A DNA stretch of 50,919 bases from a virus (Duplodnaviria; Caudoviricetes), in IMG/VR virus record IMGVR_UViG_3300020596_000031, positions 1 through 50,919 of that record; one strand, given 5' to 3'. Shown piece after piece: positions 10,701 through 18,287 of this stretch. The notes beneath the pieces are model-generated. The model did no database searches, had not been told where the DNA came from, and worked only from the letters and a program-made list of their open reading frames with translations. How positions within the stretch are numbered: the stretch's first letter is position 1; the number at the start of each line of letters is the position of its first letter. The position numbers and the translations under genes were made by a program.

Positions 10701-13553
10701 GCCGGTCAGTCATCGCGTTTGATTGACACCTACATCACTTTCTCACCAACCCAAATCAAATCCGCCACCGGCAACAGAGGCACGTTCGACGGCACAAATC
10801 CTGACATTCTCGGCACGCCACCCGTTAAAGCCAGCCCGGCCCAAGAGGCCATTCTCGCGAAGGTGAACGGCACACTGGAAGACAAACGTTCCATCGGTCA
10901 GCGCATGAGCGACTACCTGGCGGACCTGAAGGATTACGTTTCGACCGAGCTGAAACAGAAGCTCCTCGACTCGTTCGCGTCTATCAAGCGGCTCGAGCGT
11001 GCGACCTTCGGGCAAGGCGCGAATCTGGACGCCAGTGTGAGCGCGTACAAAGCCGCTCGTCTGACAAAGAACCTCCCGAGCGTGATGGACTACCTGATGA
11101 ACCACGGTTCTCTCGAATATCGGAACGGTTCGATGTCGATGAAACCGGGCGCGAAGGGGCTCCTGCAAATCTTCAAGCCCCTGATGGATGCCGGCACGCT
11201 TCGACTTTGGGAAGGATACGCGACGGCGTTTCGCTCCGACCGGCTTTTGCAGGAAGGCAAGGAAACCAACTTCGGGCGGACACAGGATCCCGTCACCGGT
11301 CAATGGACATGGGACGCGGCAACCGCCCGCCGCGAGATCGACGCACTCCTCGCGCTCGGGAAGCAGTACCCTGAATTCGAGGTCGCGCGGCAGGGCTACG
11401 TCGAATTCCAGACATCGATCCTCGACGTGGCTGAGGGCGCCGGGCTCATCGGTGCGGACCAACGCGCAACGTGGGAGAAGTCTGACTACGTGCCGTTCTA
11501 CCGCATAGCTGAAAACTTGGAGGGCAAGGGCCCGGGCAAGCGCCGCGGCATCGCCGACCAGCGCAGCGGAATCAAGAAGCTCAAGGGCGGCGCCGCTCCG
11601 GTCGCCATCATGGAGAACATCGTCCGCAATATCGAGTCCCTCGTGGACGCCTCATTCAAGAACATCGCCATGCAGCGCGTGGCAGACCTCGCGGACGGCA
11701 ATAACGACATGCTCGTGAAGATCCCGTACAAGGCGGTTCCATTCAAGGCGTCGGTCACAGAAGTCTTGGACGAACTTGAGAAGGCTGGGATTGATACGAG
11801 CGGACTCTCGACAGATGAAGCCGCGGAATTCGTGCGGTTCTGGCGCATGAAGGCGCCGAAAGGGAAGGACGTGGTCTCCGTCATGGTTGACGGCAAGGCA
11901 ATCTACTACCGCGTGAAGGATGCGGCGCTCCTACGCTCGGTGCAGAGCATGGGTCCGCGCGTCCACTCTTGGTGGATGAGCGCATTGATGGCGCCGAAGA
12001 ACGCGCTGACGGCACTCGTGACGCTCGACCCCGAATTCATGGTGGCGAACACTATTCGCGACTCGTTCAGCGCGTGGGTCATCTCGGACACGCCGATCAA
12101 GCCCGGCTATGACACCGGGATCGGGTTCCTGAAGAGCCTGCGCAACGATCCATCTAAGTTGTCGGTGATGGCAGCAGGCGGGGGCGCCGGGCACTACAAT
12201 AATCTCCGCGAGGGTCGAGTGCGCGATTACATCCGGAGACTCACGCCGGCAGCGCGAAAGACGTTCCTCGAGTCCATCATCGACACGCCCAAGAAGCTGG
12301 GGCGGATCTACGCCGACATTGGACGGGCGACGGAAAACGCCAATCGCCTCGCCATTGCCGACAGCGTCAAGAAGCGTGGCGGCACCGATGCAGAGGCCGC
12401 ATTTCAGGCGCTCGACATCATGGATTTCGGTCTGCGCGGAGACAGCGCTCTCTTGGGCTTCTTTCTCGACACGGTGCCATTCCTGAACGCCCGGATGCAG
12501 GGGCTCTACAAGCTCGGCCGGGCTTCCGGCATAGGGCAAGGCGACGGAGCAACCAAGTATCTGCCGCACGCGCGGATCGCCACTTACGGCGCCATCATCA
12601 CTGGGGCAACCTTGGCCCTCCTCGGCTCCAACTGGGACGACGAGCGTTATTGGGAGCTGCCGGAGTGGGAGCGCGATATCTACTATCACTTCTGGCTGGG
12701 TGGACAACACATCCGGATCCCGAAGCCGTTCGAGGTCGGGCAAATCCTCTCCACGGTCCCGGAGCGCATGTTTGAATTCATGGGCAAGACCGGAGATGGG
12801 AAGCTCCTCGCCAAGCGCATGCTCACCATGCTCTCTGAGACGTTCGCGATGAACCCGCTCCCCCAGGTGATGAAGCCGGCAGCGGAGCGCGCGATGAACT
12901 TCAACACGTTCACCGGACTACCAATCATCAGCCGCGGCGACGAATTCAAACAGCCCGAACAGCAGTTCAACGTCTTCACGAGCGAGTCTCTCCGCGAGAT
13001 GGCGGAGGCGATGCCGGACTTTGCGCCGGAGTGGATGCGCTCGCCCAAGACCCTCGAGCACTTCGTCCGCGGCTACTTCGGTTCCCTCGGCATGTACGCC
13101 CTTACTGCCTCCGATGCCATCACCCGGGCGGCAACTGGCGCCCCGGACGATCCCGAGGTGAAGGCCGGCGACTGGTGGGTAATGAAGCGGTTTGCGCCGT
13201 CCAGCGACATGCGCGAAACGAAGTATGTCGCCCAGTTCTACGACATGCACCGCGAGATCACCGGCCTGACGCGCCAGATCAAAGAGCTTCAGAAGACGGC
13301 GCCCGAAGAGGCTCGCGCCCTGCAGGAGGCCAACGCGCAGTCCCTTCAGTTCGCGTCGCGCTCGGATTCGACCTACTCCGTCCTTCAGTCCCTCCGAAAA
13401 CAGCAGGAGCAGATTTACGCGAGCGACGACACCCCGGAGGGAAAACGGCGGCGTCTGGCAGCATTAGCGACCCGGCGGAACCAAGTTGCAAAGGGCGCTG
13501 TATCGGCTGCACCGCGTACTTCATCCATGCCGTTCAATCCGTTCGCCCGATAA
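4737..13553 (+). CDS. Giant polyvalent virion (DNA ejection) protein: ParB-like, zincin metallopeptidase, beta-clamp-like, ART-like and C-terminal LPD38 domains
   Basis: LKPTQ...VVDGHHQW (ParB-like, ~7280-7420); AYDP...VVHEMGH (HExxH at 8184); DETRFILNRV/TDGQR/GKFPNWRQVIP (clamp-like); FKAWFGDSKVVD...VYHGT...QIKSATGNRGTF (ART-PolyVal-like); YVPFYR, PFLNARMQG, IPKPFEVG (LPD38 region). Confidence 0.85.
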   Translation: MAAPFYNPFGTANYSRGRGSPMDGDPLSPGARQIVNRVRQGEDAAMRAAANFDPIDDEIKTTNERRTNLRLQREGMKNTLSNFLDTDGADMFERDELTNKPHKNPDGSMIPRLGLEVESLRKQSQQKTGLIAGALSPTKQRGDDTEEAKVAQRRLAEIEPTYKLKQEKYDRIQKEMKRIDDADISHENRLAELGRMREARYTVTPEDVQQAVTQVNTSRAATGQAPVSAKDLSQGKAKTAAPGAYPEGAFATLSDRMTGQPTGRTIAPEAVQKKVQTEAKARNLTPEAVELVELTKLRDEGITHVGGRAIADMIAAGGGDEAVNAIRGLATVENISKRILDIDNALANAGERARPRLEKERAVMEKLRASKAGIIESLPDAGRVIADFFVSFGKGAGSLIKMAGDFYGLASGDMDNAVSRYGKDVGDFYQPFMSDRGRALEAQRSQAVDAEDSELGKAWAYVRESVANPELLPGLLGQNIANMIPAGATGNVARNVAARVLLRRASTDAAKAAAVKTASRIGVGVAVGAGAVMQGTDVAGDQYADLLGRLDAMPDEQAAGIPEIAELLQRGAPMQEAKLALALTQARTTGLISSAISVVAQRLPGGKTIERALSGAENKVGGIVAGAAKGFIGEAASEVVEEVGGQGAKNIGALPVDPDRKFTEGFGETGAQAALVGGVFGGLAGAADRTSTVPVPPAQPPAPGAPGVPAAPVSPATPPAAGATPPAGTTPAAEAEEADVTLDNQAPKSFEFTNAKGETTIVEAVRESQAIAKLPADFGPIKGVKRVERPAEKMEGEKINREWSSFAPESKSLGIPRAEMPQVKAEHRGALTQFLKGRDIISEDTEVLPSELKPTQAEYSPGKVQKAREFKGGDRAILVSSDNHVVDGHHQWMAKLTDAPNEYMRVIKFDAPIRDVLAQMTEFPSVENAGGAAPKPISEQPAAGGVSVAADSGTVAGKPTVPAITTPGGAQSPEAVVRGSDGISEGVPLAPISPEPKTDVADTNTPSAGITPTAPANPLLPPPVAASDKLRAPTAPTPAPGPAAAKPPAIARGTNKPQTFVSTVAKAANLKAKDKATRFLTDFAPRLHKANPQVFEAMEVHILNQAEWDSNPRTGANTPNSAAAYDPETNTMFFNSDKSKGDDVVDNVVHEMGHFAEKFALGEEFTQREWAKLQITQRIQADEQYKGRKLTPEEVRAFGAGIDNKRARSEWATMQFARVVKGDTDGMSTGMRARLEKFLELARELVRKWIGSKSLTTKELDAKILNVLGYAEKADIHTLVGKNSEGHEVYQDERGVRHVARIAANPDLLISEPVGMRPTRGPNGGIVYQADPRTSRERENTEFETTTEKGARTPAPVTTPRVADTTPRVADTTPAVAPKPAKAVVTAEIKPVVTPTPEEAPAVEPKSPEKPEITPAPAPVAEAPTPIVTPTTEGATISATLAADKAVAKMADRKQLKVQKDFLVSALAAAEKAARDEVPMTPEGLVRLEAINAAEKIVNAGPVTTASTAELMGLAKAAGLKKSERAKPPGEIADTLRYHVTRDHGEHVTIEVPGDGTFRIPNSKGALAAFRARVVSRMNKETADLPSPFSDEVKPYAAANPSSIPAVKKSPTKDDLTAAAAIAQSQDETRFILNRVYSEDRLSIGTDGQRMFIVAGGGGETAADIAKLKVKDKRAKDIGKFPNWRQVIPKWVSASSGKVRADGSAAPSKRAIVDTGEAVKALNQVLAIIEKDEAARNATRLYLLDGGKLGFSAASPKIGDYASEGVTDAMLESIDGGAITGANPIFLRDAFVAARLAGHEQVTVYFEDPSVSRNDPFVMIGGSNFAAVTMPTSMKGPARTALTPPPAPAKSGTEKPVDGMLGTPGVSQTDTPAFKAWFGDSKVVDAQGKPMMVYHGTNNRFNVFIGRHRNSANFEEEVGATWFTPDKEMARGYAGGQKDPVAVYVSMTNPYVHDAEGGFWISANFTAIKRARKEGRDGVIIKNVSDISAGQSSRLIDTYITFSPTQIKSATGNRGTFDGTNPDILGTPPVKASPAQEAILAKVNGTLEDKRSIGQRMSDYLADLKDYVSTELKQKLLDSFASIKRLERATFGQGANLDASVSAYKAARLTKNLPSVMDYLMNHGSLEYRNGSMSMKPGAKGLLQIFKPLMDAGTLRLWEGYATAFRSDRLLQEGKETNFGRTQDPVTGQWTWDAATARREIDALLALGKQYPEFEVARQGYVEFQTSILDVAEGAGLIGADQRATWEKSDYVPFYRIAENLEGKGPGKRRGIADQRSGIKKLKGGAAPVAIMENIVRNIESLVDASFKNIAMQRVADLADGNNDMLVKIPYKAVPFKASVTEVLDELEKAGIDTSGLSTDEAAEFVRFWRMKAPKGKDVVSVMVDGKAIYYRVKDAALLRSVQSMGPRVHSWWMSALMAPKNALTALVTLDPEFMVANTIRDSFSAWVISDTPIKPGYDTGIGFLKSLRNDPSKLSVMAAGGGAGHYNNLREGRVRDYIRRLTPAARKTFLESIIDTPKKLGRIYADIGRATENANRLAIADSVKKRGGTDAEAAFQALDIMDFGLRGDSALLGFFLDTVPFLNARMQGLYKLGRASGIGQGDGATKYLPHARIATYGAIITGATLALLGSNWDDERYWELPEWERDIYYHFWLGGQHIRIPKPFEVGQILSTVPERMFEFMGKTGDGKLLAKRMLTMLSETFAMNPLPQVMKPAAERAMNFNTFTGLPIISRGDEFKQPEQQFNVFTSESLREMAEAMPDFAPEWMRSPKTLEHFVRGYFGSLGMYALTASDAITRAATGAPDDPEVKAGDWWVMKRFAPSSDMRETKYVAQFYDMHREITGLTRQIKELQKTAPEEARALQEANAQSLQFASRSDSTYSVLQSLRKQQEQIYASDDTPEGKRRRLAALATRRNQVAKGAVSAAPRTSSMPFNPFAR
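8807..8857 (+). repeat. 21-bp in-frame tandem repeat (2.4 copies; TTPRVAD)
   Basis: TACGACGCCTCGCGTTGCAGA x2 followed by TACGACGCC. Confidence 0.9.
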
Positions 13554-13559
13554 TCGGCA

Positions 13560-13572
13560 AATGCAACCTATC
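13560..13572 (+). promoter_or_regulatory. Late-gene upstream motif copy 3 (AATGCAACCTATC)
   Basis: 51 nt upstream of portal ATG 13611. Confidence 0.65.
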
Positions 13573-13610
13573 GCGCATCCCGATTCGCTTGGGTGTTTCT
13601 CGGCGCACAG

Positions 13611-15629
13611 ATGCGCCCGAGCACCCTCAGACTGACCAAGCAGCAAGATGCCGCCTTGGTGGACTACATCAAGCGGCGACTGCCGGAGCTTGAGGCGGAT
13701 AACCGTTGTCGCATCGAAGCAGATAAGAAATCGGACTTGGATTACCGTTTGCAAAAGCAGTCCCGGGCCATCCCTGGATCGCTCTTTGCGCAGAGCAATT
13801 TCCCGATCCCGCTCACGAGCTGGGTCGTCGACCACTTTTCCGCCCGGACCGAGGACGAGCTCCTCGGACGCGATCCCCCTATTCGCTTTCAGCCGCAGGG
13901 CCCGGCAGATCAGGAAGTCGCGCGTGGCATCGATCGCCTAGCCGCCTACAAGTTCTTCGATCAAGGCACCGTTCAAGACGATCTTCAAAAATCAATCCAA
14001 TCGTGCTTCAAGCACCGGGCATTGATCCTGAAGGCCACCTACAAGGAGGAGTTTAACGAGTGGGAGGAGTACGACCTCGACGTCCTCCACGATCGCGCGA
14101 CCAGTCAGCCGATTCAGATCCTCGGGCACGGCTACATCGTCAAGGACACGGACACGTTCTCCCCGGTGCTCGACATGGTCACGGGCGAAGAGGTGATGCA
14201 ACTGGACGCTGATCCGACGTTCCGCTTCGACCCGGCTCAACACTATTTCGGTAAAAGCAATGGCGCGGTCCGCTTCAAAGAGCGGTTGTTCGCGGCGCCG
14301 AAGTCCGTCGAGGTGGATAGCGATCGCTTTCTCGCGCCGGCGGATGCGCGCAGCCTCAACGAAGCTGACATCATCGGGGAGAAGTTCGATAAAAGCCTCT
14401 CGAAGGTAATGGAGCGTTTCACCGAGCGTGAGTGGCTCACAGGCGAGGCCTACCTTGCCAAACTCAAGAGCGAGACCGCGGAGAAGAAGACCAAGGGTAA
14501 GCGGGCAGACTTATCCAAGGAGAATCTCCGTTTCGACCTTCAGAACAAGCGCATCGAGATCGTGGAGCTCTGGATTGAGCGCGACGTCCTCGGCTGGGGG
14601 AGCCCGCAGCGCATCCTAACGTGGTACGACGTAAAGCGGCAAATCCTCATCACCTACGACTTCGCGGTAAAGATGATGCCCCGCGGTCGCCAGCCGTACG
14701 CCGCCATCCCGATTTGGCAGCAGGATAATGTCTGGTGGGGCTACTCCATCCCGGAGATGCTCGAACCCATCCAGGAGTTTGTTGACTTGCAGTTTAACCG
14801 CCACGCGCACCGGAACGCGATCAACGCGAATCCGATCATCGGGGAGCATTCGGACGCAGTCGAAGGCAACAAGTCATTTGCCGACATGAAGCCGTTCGAG
14901 GTGGTCCAGTTGGTCGAAGGCAAATCGATTCGCGATTGGATCGAGACCGTCGTATTCCCGAACGCGGATACGGACACGCAGGCGCTCCTCGATAAGGCGA
15001 TTTATTGGGTCAACTTCTGGTTGGGAATCTCGAATATCGCGCGCGGCGATTACTCGGATGTTCCTCAGAACACGACCCTGGGCGGACAGGAAGCTACGCT
15101 GAAGGAAGCAAGCAAGCTGTCTCGCCGGTGGACCCGTCGCGTTATCGTCGGACTCGAGGATCACGTCACGCTACTCGTCCGGCTCCTCATCGAGACGATG
15201 GATGAATTTGAGGCCTACACCTTTTTGGAAGGCGACGTTCGGCAAATGGCCGTGCTGGAGGCAGCGCAGACGCGTGACCTTCTGATTGACGCGAAGCTCG
15301 TGTGGAATTCAGAGCAGAATAGCCGCACGATCGAAGTGAACCGACTCACGCTCGAGATCGTGAGAGAGTACGCGCAGTACATCGCAACGGCGCCATGGAT
15401 GATCCCGATGGTTCGGCCGCTAATGAAGAGCACGCTTTTCCAGTTGGGACACGACAACGTCGACGAGTTACTTCCGCTGCCACCATTCATCCCGCCAATG
15501 CCTGTTATCGCGCCCCAACCGTTAGGCGGGGTGACGACCGAACCGGGCACGGATTCAGCCGCGGCGAGCCCCGAAGGCACGCTCCCGTTCGAACCCGCAG
15601 CACCGCAGGAGGCGGCTTCCAATGCCTGA
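13611..15629 (+). CDS. Portal protein
   Basis: ~670 aa; P22/N4-like portal features (FQPQGPAD, PYAAIP...WWGYSIPEML..IQ...N, LGIS....G....NTTLGG, acidic/Pro-rich tail). Confidence 0.85.
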   Translation: MRPSTLRLTKQQDAALVDYIKRRLPELEADNRCRIEADKKSDLDYRLQKQSRAIPGSLFAQSNFPIPLTSWVVDHFSARTEDELLGRDPPIRFQPQGPADQEVARGIDRLAAYKFFDQGTVQDDLQKSIQSCFKHRALILKATYKEEFNEWEEYDLDVLHDRATSQPIQILGHGYIVKDTDTFSPVLDMVTGEEVMQLDADPTFRFDPAQHYFGKSNGAVRFKERLFAAPKSVEVDSDRFLAPADARSLNEADIIGEKFDKSLSKVMERFTEREWLTGEAYLAKLKSETAEKKTKGKRADLSKENLRFDLQNKRIEIVELWIERDVLGWGSPQRILTWYDVKRQILITYDFAVKMMPRGRQPYAAIPIWQQDNVWWGYSIPEMLEPIQEFVDLQFNRHAHRNAINANPIIGEHSDAVEGNKSFADMKPFEVVQLVEGKSIRDWIETVVFPNADTDTQALLDKAIYWVNFWLGISNIARGDYSDVPQNTTLGGQEATLKEASKLSRRWTRRVIVGLEDHVTLLVRLLIETMDEFEAYTFLEGDVRQMAVLEAAQTRDLLIDAKLVWNSEQNSRTIEVNRLTLEIVREYAQYIATAPWMIPMVRPLMKSTLFQLGHDNVDELLPLPPFIPPMPVIAPQPLGGVTTEPGTDSAAASPEGTLPFEPAAPQEAASNA

Positions 15630-15897
15630 ATTGGACATCCATGACATCCCGGCAGAGCAAAAGACGCTCATGCTGGAAAACATGCTCCGCGGTCCGGCGT
15701 TCGCGCTGTTTCTGGATCGCTGGAACGAGTCCGTTATCGGCTCCATCGAGAAGGCAATTTTTGACCCTGCCACGAGCGACGAAAAGACGCGCGAGCTCAA
15801 GAGCATGCGCCTGGCTCTCGGTGGCGTGCATCACCCGCGGAAGATCGTGGAAACCATGCTTCGCAGTATCTCAGCTCAAACCAAAACCAATAAATAA
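15622..15897 (+). CDS. Small portal-adjacent hypothetical protein
   Basis: 91-aa helical ORF overlapping the portal stop. Confidence 0.7.
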   Translation: MPELDIHDIPAEQKTLMLENMLRGPAFALFLDRWNESVIGSIEKAIFDPATSDEKTRELKSMRLALGGVHHPRKIVETMLRSISAQTKTNK

Positions 15898-15909
15898 GGA
15901 GTATTCGCC

Positions 15910-16386
15910 ATGCCGACCTCAGCTCTATCCAAGACGTCCACCGCACAAGCCGTTCGCTTGGACGTCGTTCAATCCCGCGGGAAGTTTGAAGCCCGCCGTT
16001 ATATCGCATCGCTCGCCAATGCCTTCCTTCGCTTCAATTCGAGCGGAGACCTTGAGGCAACCAACATTTTAGCGCGTCTCACTGCCTATACGGCGGACGG
16101 TGCAATTGCTCTCACCGAGGGCGTGCACGCCATCGAAAAGACTTCCGCAGCCGCCATGACCGTTGCGGCGCCGGCCAGCCAAGACGGGCTGCGCCTGACA
16201 ATCATTTCGAATACCGACTTCGCTCACGTCGTTACCTTTACCGGGGCCACACTGCTCGACGGAACTACGGGCGCGAACCTGACCGTCACGATGACGGCCT
16301 TCAAAGGCTCTGCTATCCGCGTTGTCGCACGCGGCACCACGTGGCTGCTCGAAGGAGCGAGTAACGTCACGAGCATCACTGTCTAA
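15910..16386 (+). CDS. Putative minor virion/decoration protein
   Basis: A/T-rich beta-type sequence; AGGAG upstream. Confidence 0.55.
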   Translation: MPTSALSKTSTAQAVRLDVVQSRGKFEARRYIASLANAFLRFNSSGDLEATNILARLTAYTADGAIALTEGVHAIEKTSAAAMTVAAPASQDGLRLTIISNTDFAHVVTFTGATLLDGTTGANLTVTMTAFKGSAIRVVARGTTWLLEGASNVTSITV

Positions 16387-16417
16387 GCGGCCCTGAAAAT
16401 CCGAAACCCGCCCTGCC

Positions 16418-17647
16418 ATGTCCAGACTCGTCAACGCACCGCCCCGTATCATGGTTGGCGCTACGGCCAGCGAGGCTGGCGTGGCAGGGTACGTTCCCAC
16501 GCCGACAGCGGGGAATCACACGACGCAATTCCTCCGCAAAGACGGTACGTTTGCGGTGCCCGCTGTGACTGCAAGCGGCCTCGCGTACTCGGAAACGCCA
16601 GCCGGCTTGGTCAACGGAGCAAACGCAACCTACACGCTGGCGAACACACCGCCCTCGTCAGCCGGGGTAATGGTGGTCCTGAACGGCGTTGTTCAATACA
16701 ACGGCGTTGGCCTCGACTATACGGTGTCCGGGACGACGATCACCTTTGCCGTCGCACCCGCCAGTGGCAGCACGATTTTTGCGTACTACGGTTCGGGAAG
16801 CGGGATCGCATTTGGCACGGGCGTAGCCGCTGCGCTGGCCCTCGCCATCGGCACCACGGGCGCGGTCGTGCTGGTTGGCGGCACCATCGCGCTGAACGTC
16901 AACGGCACGGTCGGCGCGACGACCCCGGCAGCAGGCGCGTTCACGACGCTGAGTGCGAGTGGGCTTTTCGACGGCCAGCAAAACGCATTTCTTGGTGGTA
17001 TCAGCGCGGACACAACGGAGTTGACGCAAAATCTGTATATTACAGGCGGGAACTGGACATATAACTCAACCCGCGCCGGAGTATTGCTTCAACAGGACAG
17101 CTCAACACCAAGCTTCAAGTTTTTTACAGCGCCCTATGGTACAGTAGGCACGACGGCGGTACTTACGCAGCGTGCGGAGATCACTTCCACCGGCCTAAAC
17201 GCCACCGCCATTGGCGCGACGACCCCGGCAGCGGGCGCGTTCACGACGCTGAGTGCGACGAGTAATCTGGTGCTTACCGGCGGATTAGCCTACGCGGCGG
17301 GTGCAATAGGCACGGGTGGCAAGCAGCTTATAGCGGGAATTGATACGACGGCCAACATAGCGTATTTACGCGGTGCCAGCCCCGGCGTAGGGTTCTGGCC
17401 GCTATACCTCGAAGGCGCGGAAGTTAGAGTCAACGTGGGCGTTGGGACGCAAACAGTGATAGGAGCATTCTCCACCACCGGCCTTGCCGTCACAGGCACC
17501 GGCAGCTTCACGGGCGCATTCGGCGCGAACGGCAACGCAGCCCAAGGCAAATACACGGTGAACGCGGCCTCGACGGACCTAGCCACCGTCGTCGCGCTTT
17601 GCAACCAGCTGCGGGCTGCTCTCGTCGCCAACGGCATCGCAGTATAA
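16418..17647 (+). CDS. Tail fibre-like protein with modular repeats
   Basis: AGVAGYVPTP...QFLRKDGTF, ETPAGLVNGANATYTLA...DYTVSGTTITF, GATTPAAGAFTTLSA x2, C-terminal ALCNQLRAALVANG fibre-type motifs. Confidence 0.75.
   Translation: MSRLVNAPPRIMVGATASEAGVAGYVPTPTAGNHTTQFLRKDGTFAVPAVTASGLAYSETPAGLVNGANATYTLANTPPSSAGVMVVLNGVVQYNGVGLDYTVSGTTITFAVAPASGSTIFAYYGSGSGIAFGTGVAAALALAIGTTGAVVLVGGTIALNVNGTVGATTPAAGAFTTLSASGLFDGQQNAFLGGISADTTELTQNLYITGGNWTYNSTRAGVLLQQDSSTPSFKFFTAPYGTVGTTAVLTQRAEITSTGLNATAIGATTPAAGAFTTLSATSNLVLTGGLAYAAGAIGTGGKQLIAGIDTTANIAYLRGASPGVGFWPLYLEGAEVRVNVGVGTQTVIGAFSTTGLAVTGTGSFTGAFGANGNAAQGKYTVNAASTDLATVVALCNQLRAALVANGIAV
16913..17258 (+). repeat. 46-bp direct repeat pair (16913..16958 and 17213..17258)
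   Basis: GGCGCGACGACCCCGGCAGC(A/G)GGCGCGTTCACGACGCTGAGTGCGA, one mismatch, 300 bp apart. Confidence 0.9.
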
Positions 17648-17655
17648 TTTCCAAC

Positions 17656-17811
17656 ATGAACCCCGAACAAGCCCTGCAGAATCTCATCGTCATTGCCAAC
17701 GCCGCGCTGCTCAACGCAGCCGACCGCAACGCCATCAACCAGTCGATTCAGGCTATCGCTGAATTGATCAAGAAGGCCTCAGCCGCGCCCGTGGCGTCCG
17801 CCAGCGATTAA
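17656..17811 (+). CDS. Small helical protein, possible fibre chaperone
   Basis: 51 aa MNPEQALQNL...; directly follows the fibre gene. Confidence 0.55.
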   Translation: MNPEQALQNLIVIANAALLNAADRNAINQSIQAIAELIKKASAAPVASASD

Positions 17812-17822
17812 ATCCCGCTCCC

Positions 17823-18287
17823 ATGCCACAAGCAAAAATCAAGCTACCTGATATAGCCGCAATCGGATCAGCACTACAGGTTCTGCGGACGAACGCGGCG
17901 GGCAACGCATTGGAGTTCGCTGCGCCCGCTGGTGGCGCGGCACCAGGGTACCTCGCTTCGTCCAACGCCAGCGGGAATACGACGATCTCCGTTGCTGCCT
18001 CTGGCCAAACTCACCTTGAAGTAACGACCGTCTCCGGCGCGGGGGCAACGACCCGAATCATGATCCTCGGCACCGCGGCGATCCCCGCAAACGCAGCGAT
18101 CATAGTTCACCGCGTGGAGCTCCCAACCACGGCAGACATTACGATCGAGTGGAGGAATGCAACGGCTGGTGGCACGCGCGAGACCTACCTTACCACCGAT
18201 ACCAGCGGAAACGACGCAGTCGCAGAATTCTATTTCAACGGGACCGCGTGGAAATTCCTCAAGTTCACCTATCCAGCCAACGCATGA
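17823..18287 (+). CDS. Fibre-associated protein
   Basis: QVLRTNAAGNALEFA fibre motif; C-terminal AEFYFNGTAWKF. Confidence 0.6.
   Translation: MPQAKIKLPDIAAIGSALQVLRTNAAGNALEFAAPAGGAAPGYLASSNASGNTTISVAASGQTHLEVTTVSGAGATTRIMILGTAAIPANAAIIVHRVELPTTADITIEWRNATAGGTRETYLTTDTSGNDAVAEFYFNGTAWKFLKFTYPANA

Noticed and set aside
4737-13553. Tape measure protein or virion RNA polymerase
   Set aside because: No TMP periodicity or RNAP catalytic motifs recognised; LPD38 and effector domains fit a polyvalent ejection protein
16913-17258. DGR template/variable repeat or invertible shufflon
   Set aside because: No reverse transcriptase or invertase in the window; only one mismatch and direct orientation
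18149-18283. Upstream extension of the 1008-aa ORF given in the ORF track
   Set aside because: Overlaps the preceding gene; ATGA coupling and the signal peptide support a start at 18284
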